64,000 bases of DNA, from assembly GCA_011109175.1 (NCBI GenBank), contig RDEW01000017.1, positions 62,001 through 126,000 on the forward strand, read 5' to 3'. The notes beneath the pieces were generated by a model, which worked only from the letters and a program-made list of their open reading frames with translations, did not search any database and was not told the DNA's origin. Shown piece after piece: positions 62,270-64,000 of this stretch. The stretch comes from Dicyema japonicum (Eukaryota; Animalia; Dicyemida). Within the stretch, counting starts at the first letter, position 1, and each line of letters opens with the position of its first letter. Made by a program: the position numbers and the translations under genes.

Positions 62270-64000
62270 AGTGGAATGTAATATCTTAATGATCTCTTCA
62301 CACTGGCGTCATTCAACGTCCGTGGATTGAAAGAAAAATATAAAAGGAAGGATTTAATAAGTGACTTAACATCATCAAAGTCACTATATGCAGTATATAG
62401 GAGACTAAAGTGAAGGATGCAGTTGAGGAGAATTACGGAGTGTAGACTTATACTACTAGACTCCGAATGCACCCACTACGGACTTGGCTTTGCTATACAT
62501 CAATGTCTTGATTGGAGAATCCACAGAGTGTGGAGGGTGAATGAAAGAATTGCAGTACTCCAGATTAAGAGTGGGAGGACTGATAATTCCTTTATATCCA
62601 TAATTAATGTCTACGCGCCCACAATGGCGAGGGTTTCTACAAATCCCGATGAACTTGATCTTTTTGTATGTCACTAACGGATACCATCTCTGATCTCAAA
62701 GGCTCGTTTATGACTATTTTGTGTGGTGATTGGAATGCTAAAGTGGGACACTGTTTGTGAGAGAACCCTGTATGGGTAGACATGCCAGGGGAGGAGGAAT
62801 ATGTCAGGAGAATCGCTCGTGCAATTTTGCAACATGTTTGACTACTTCATTTGTAATTCTTCATTCGACCACAATGCGAGGCATAAGACTACGTGGACTG
62901 GACTCAGAAAGGATGGAAATGGTGACTATGTCCGGATATACAACCAGTGAGAAGACGCGTGAAGATTATTGTATGGCAATTAAGAAGGAGGTTGTGAACA
63001 TAAATATGGAAAATCCCCAGAGATGATTTGGAATGCTACTGTTGAGGGAATAAAGAAGGCAAGTTTCGACGTGCTTGGGGAAAAAAGGTCGGCAGGATTT
63101 AAAGGGGTCTCCGATCATTATCAATTAAACAAAAAAATTGCGGCTGAGTATGGAATCATGTAAAAATAATGATACTTACAAAGAGTTAAGAAGAGAACGA
63201 AATCGTATTGTCAAGGAGATTAGAAGGAGAAAGAAGGAAATTTATGTAAGAAAATTGACGAACGTGTCAGTGAAATTGAGAAGTTGTGATACGGAACACA
63301 AGTGTTTCGAGCAGTTCGTCTTTTGCAGGGGAAGTTCAACCTACGAAGATTTGTATTCACGACAGTCAAAAAGAAATGTATTGGAACATAATGAAAAATC
63401 TGAGATTATTGCCGAACATTTTTCAGGACCTTTGAATGAAAATGAAACCTTATACGTGGAGTCATTTGAGAAATCACCAAGAAGCCTGAATTACCGATAT
63501 CTACAGAGGAAACTAACCTGGCAATCATTAAATTAACAACAACAGGGCAGCGGGACCAGACAACATACATGGAGAAATGATCAAGTATGCACCAGGCGAA
63601 CTGACAACCTCATTACAAAGATTTTCAATGAGGTATTTGAGACGCATTCCCCCTGAAACTTGGTATGGAATTTTGATTCCTCTACATAAACCAGAAAAGA
63701 GCAAGGGACCGATAAAATTAGAACAAAATGTGAAGGATGCATGCCGATGGAGATTATATATGCATTTGACATAGATTTTGTGTCAGAAAATGATCTGGAA
63801 CTTGGACTTGCTTTAGAGAAAATCCCTGGAGAATTTAAGAATTGGTATCTGCGAGTTAATCAGGAAAAGACTGAACACATAGGATTCACAAGGGAATCAA
63901 AATATATTGATGAAAATTGGAGGAAAAAAAGGAAATTGGGATCCTTATATGGTGATAGTGAGGACATGATGTATAGAAGAGTTCTAGCCACTGCCATGTA
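62270..64000 (+). mobile_element. Degenerate RTE-clade LINE (APE plus internally deleted RT), runs off the window
   Basis: LASFNVRGLK, GLGFAI, IINVYAPT, GDWNAKVG, RAAGPDNIHGEMIKY, ILIPLHKP, LRVNQEKT. Confidence 0.85.

Noticed and set aside
1-64000. rRNA, snRNA (U1/U2/U5/U6) or spliced-leader RNA genes
   Set aside because: I saw none of their conserved sequence hallmarks by eye; an Infernal/Rfam scan would be needed to exclude divergent copies.

Overview
AT-rich animal nuclear DNA from a draft scaffold (243-N gap at 17701-17943; single-n joins). Genes are split by very short spliceosomal introns (mostly 21-29 nt, GT-AG, two GC-AG). Together with an anion-type nicotinic receptor of the spiralian kind and axonemal genes, this points (inference) to a dicyemid mesozoan or similar miniaturised spiralian. 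Genes: a 12.5 kb DNAH12-like axonemal dynein pseudogene (5' end outside the window); a beta-tubulin with TTG in place of its start codon and changes in invariant motifs; KIF6; BMP1/tolloid; TANGO6; SLU7; an ACh-gated chloride-channel-type nAChR alpha subunit; cytochrome b5 reductase; an ACBP relic; and a three-copy spliced orphan gene for a 128-aa acidic protein. Apart from the nAChR and orphan copy 1, every gene carries at least one lesion (stop, single-base indel or lost start). Roughly 40% of the window (rough tally) is mobile-element debris: Ingi/Vingi-like LINEs (one with a decayed 2A motif), CRE-clade, RTE and Jockey-like LINEs, a tRNA-derived SINE, a MITE, and hAT, pogo and gypsy relics. 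The main structure is a large inverted duplication (about 26300-28091 vs 36319-40140) that carries the orphan gene and encloses KIF6; its right arm was later hit by a LINE with a 16-bp target-site duplication. I found no rRNA, intact tRNA or CRISPR array.
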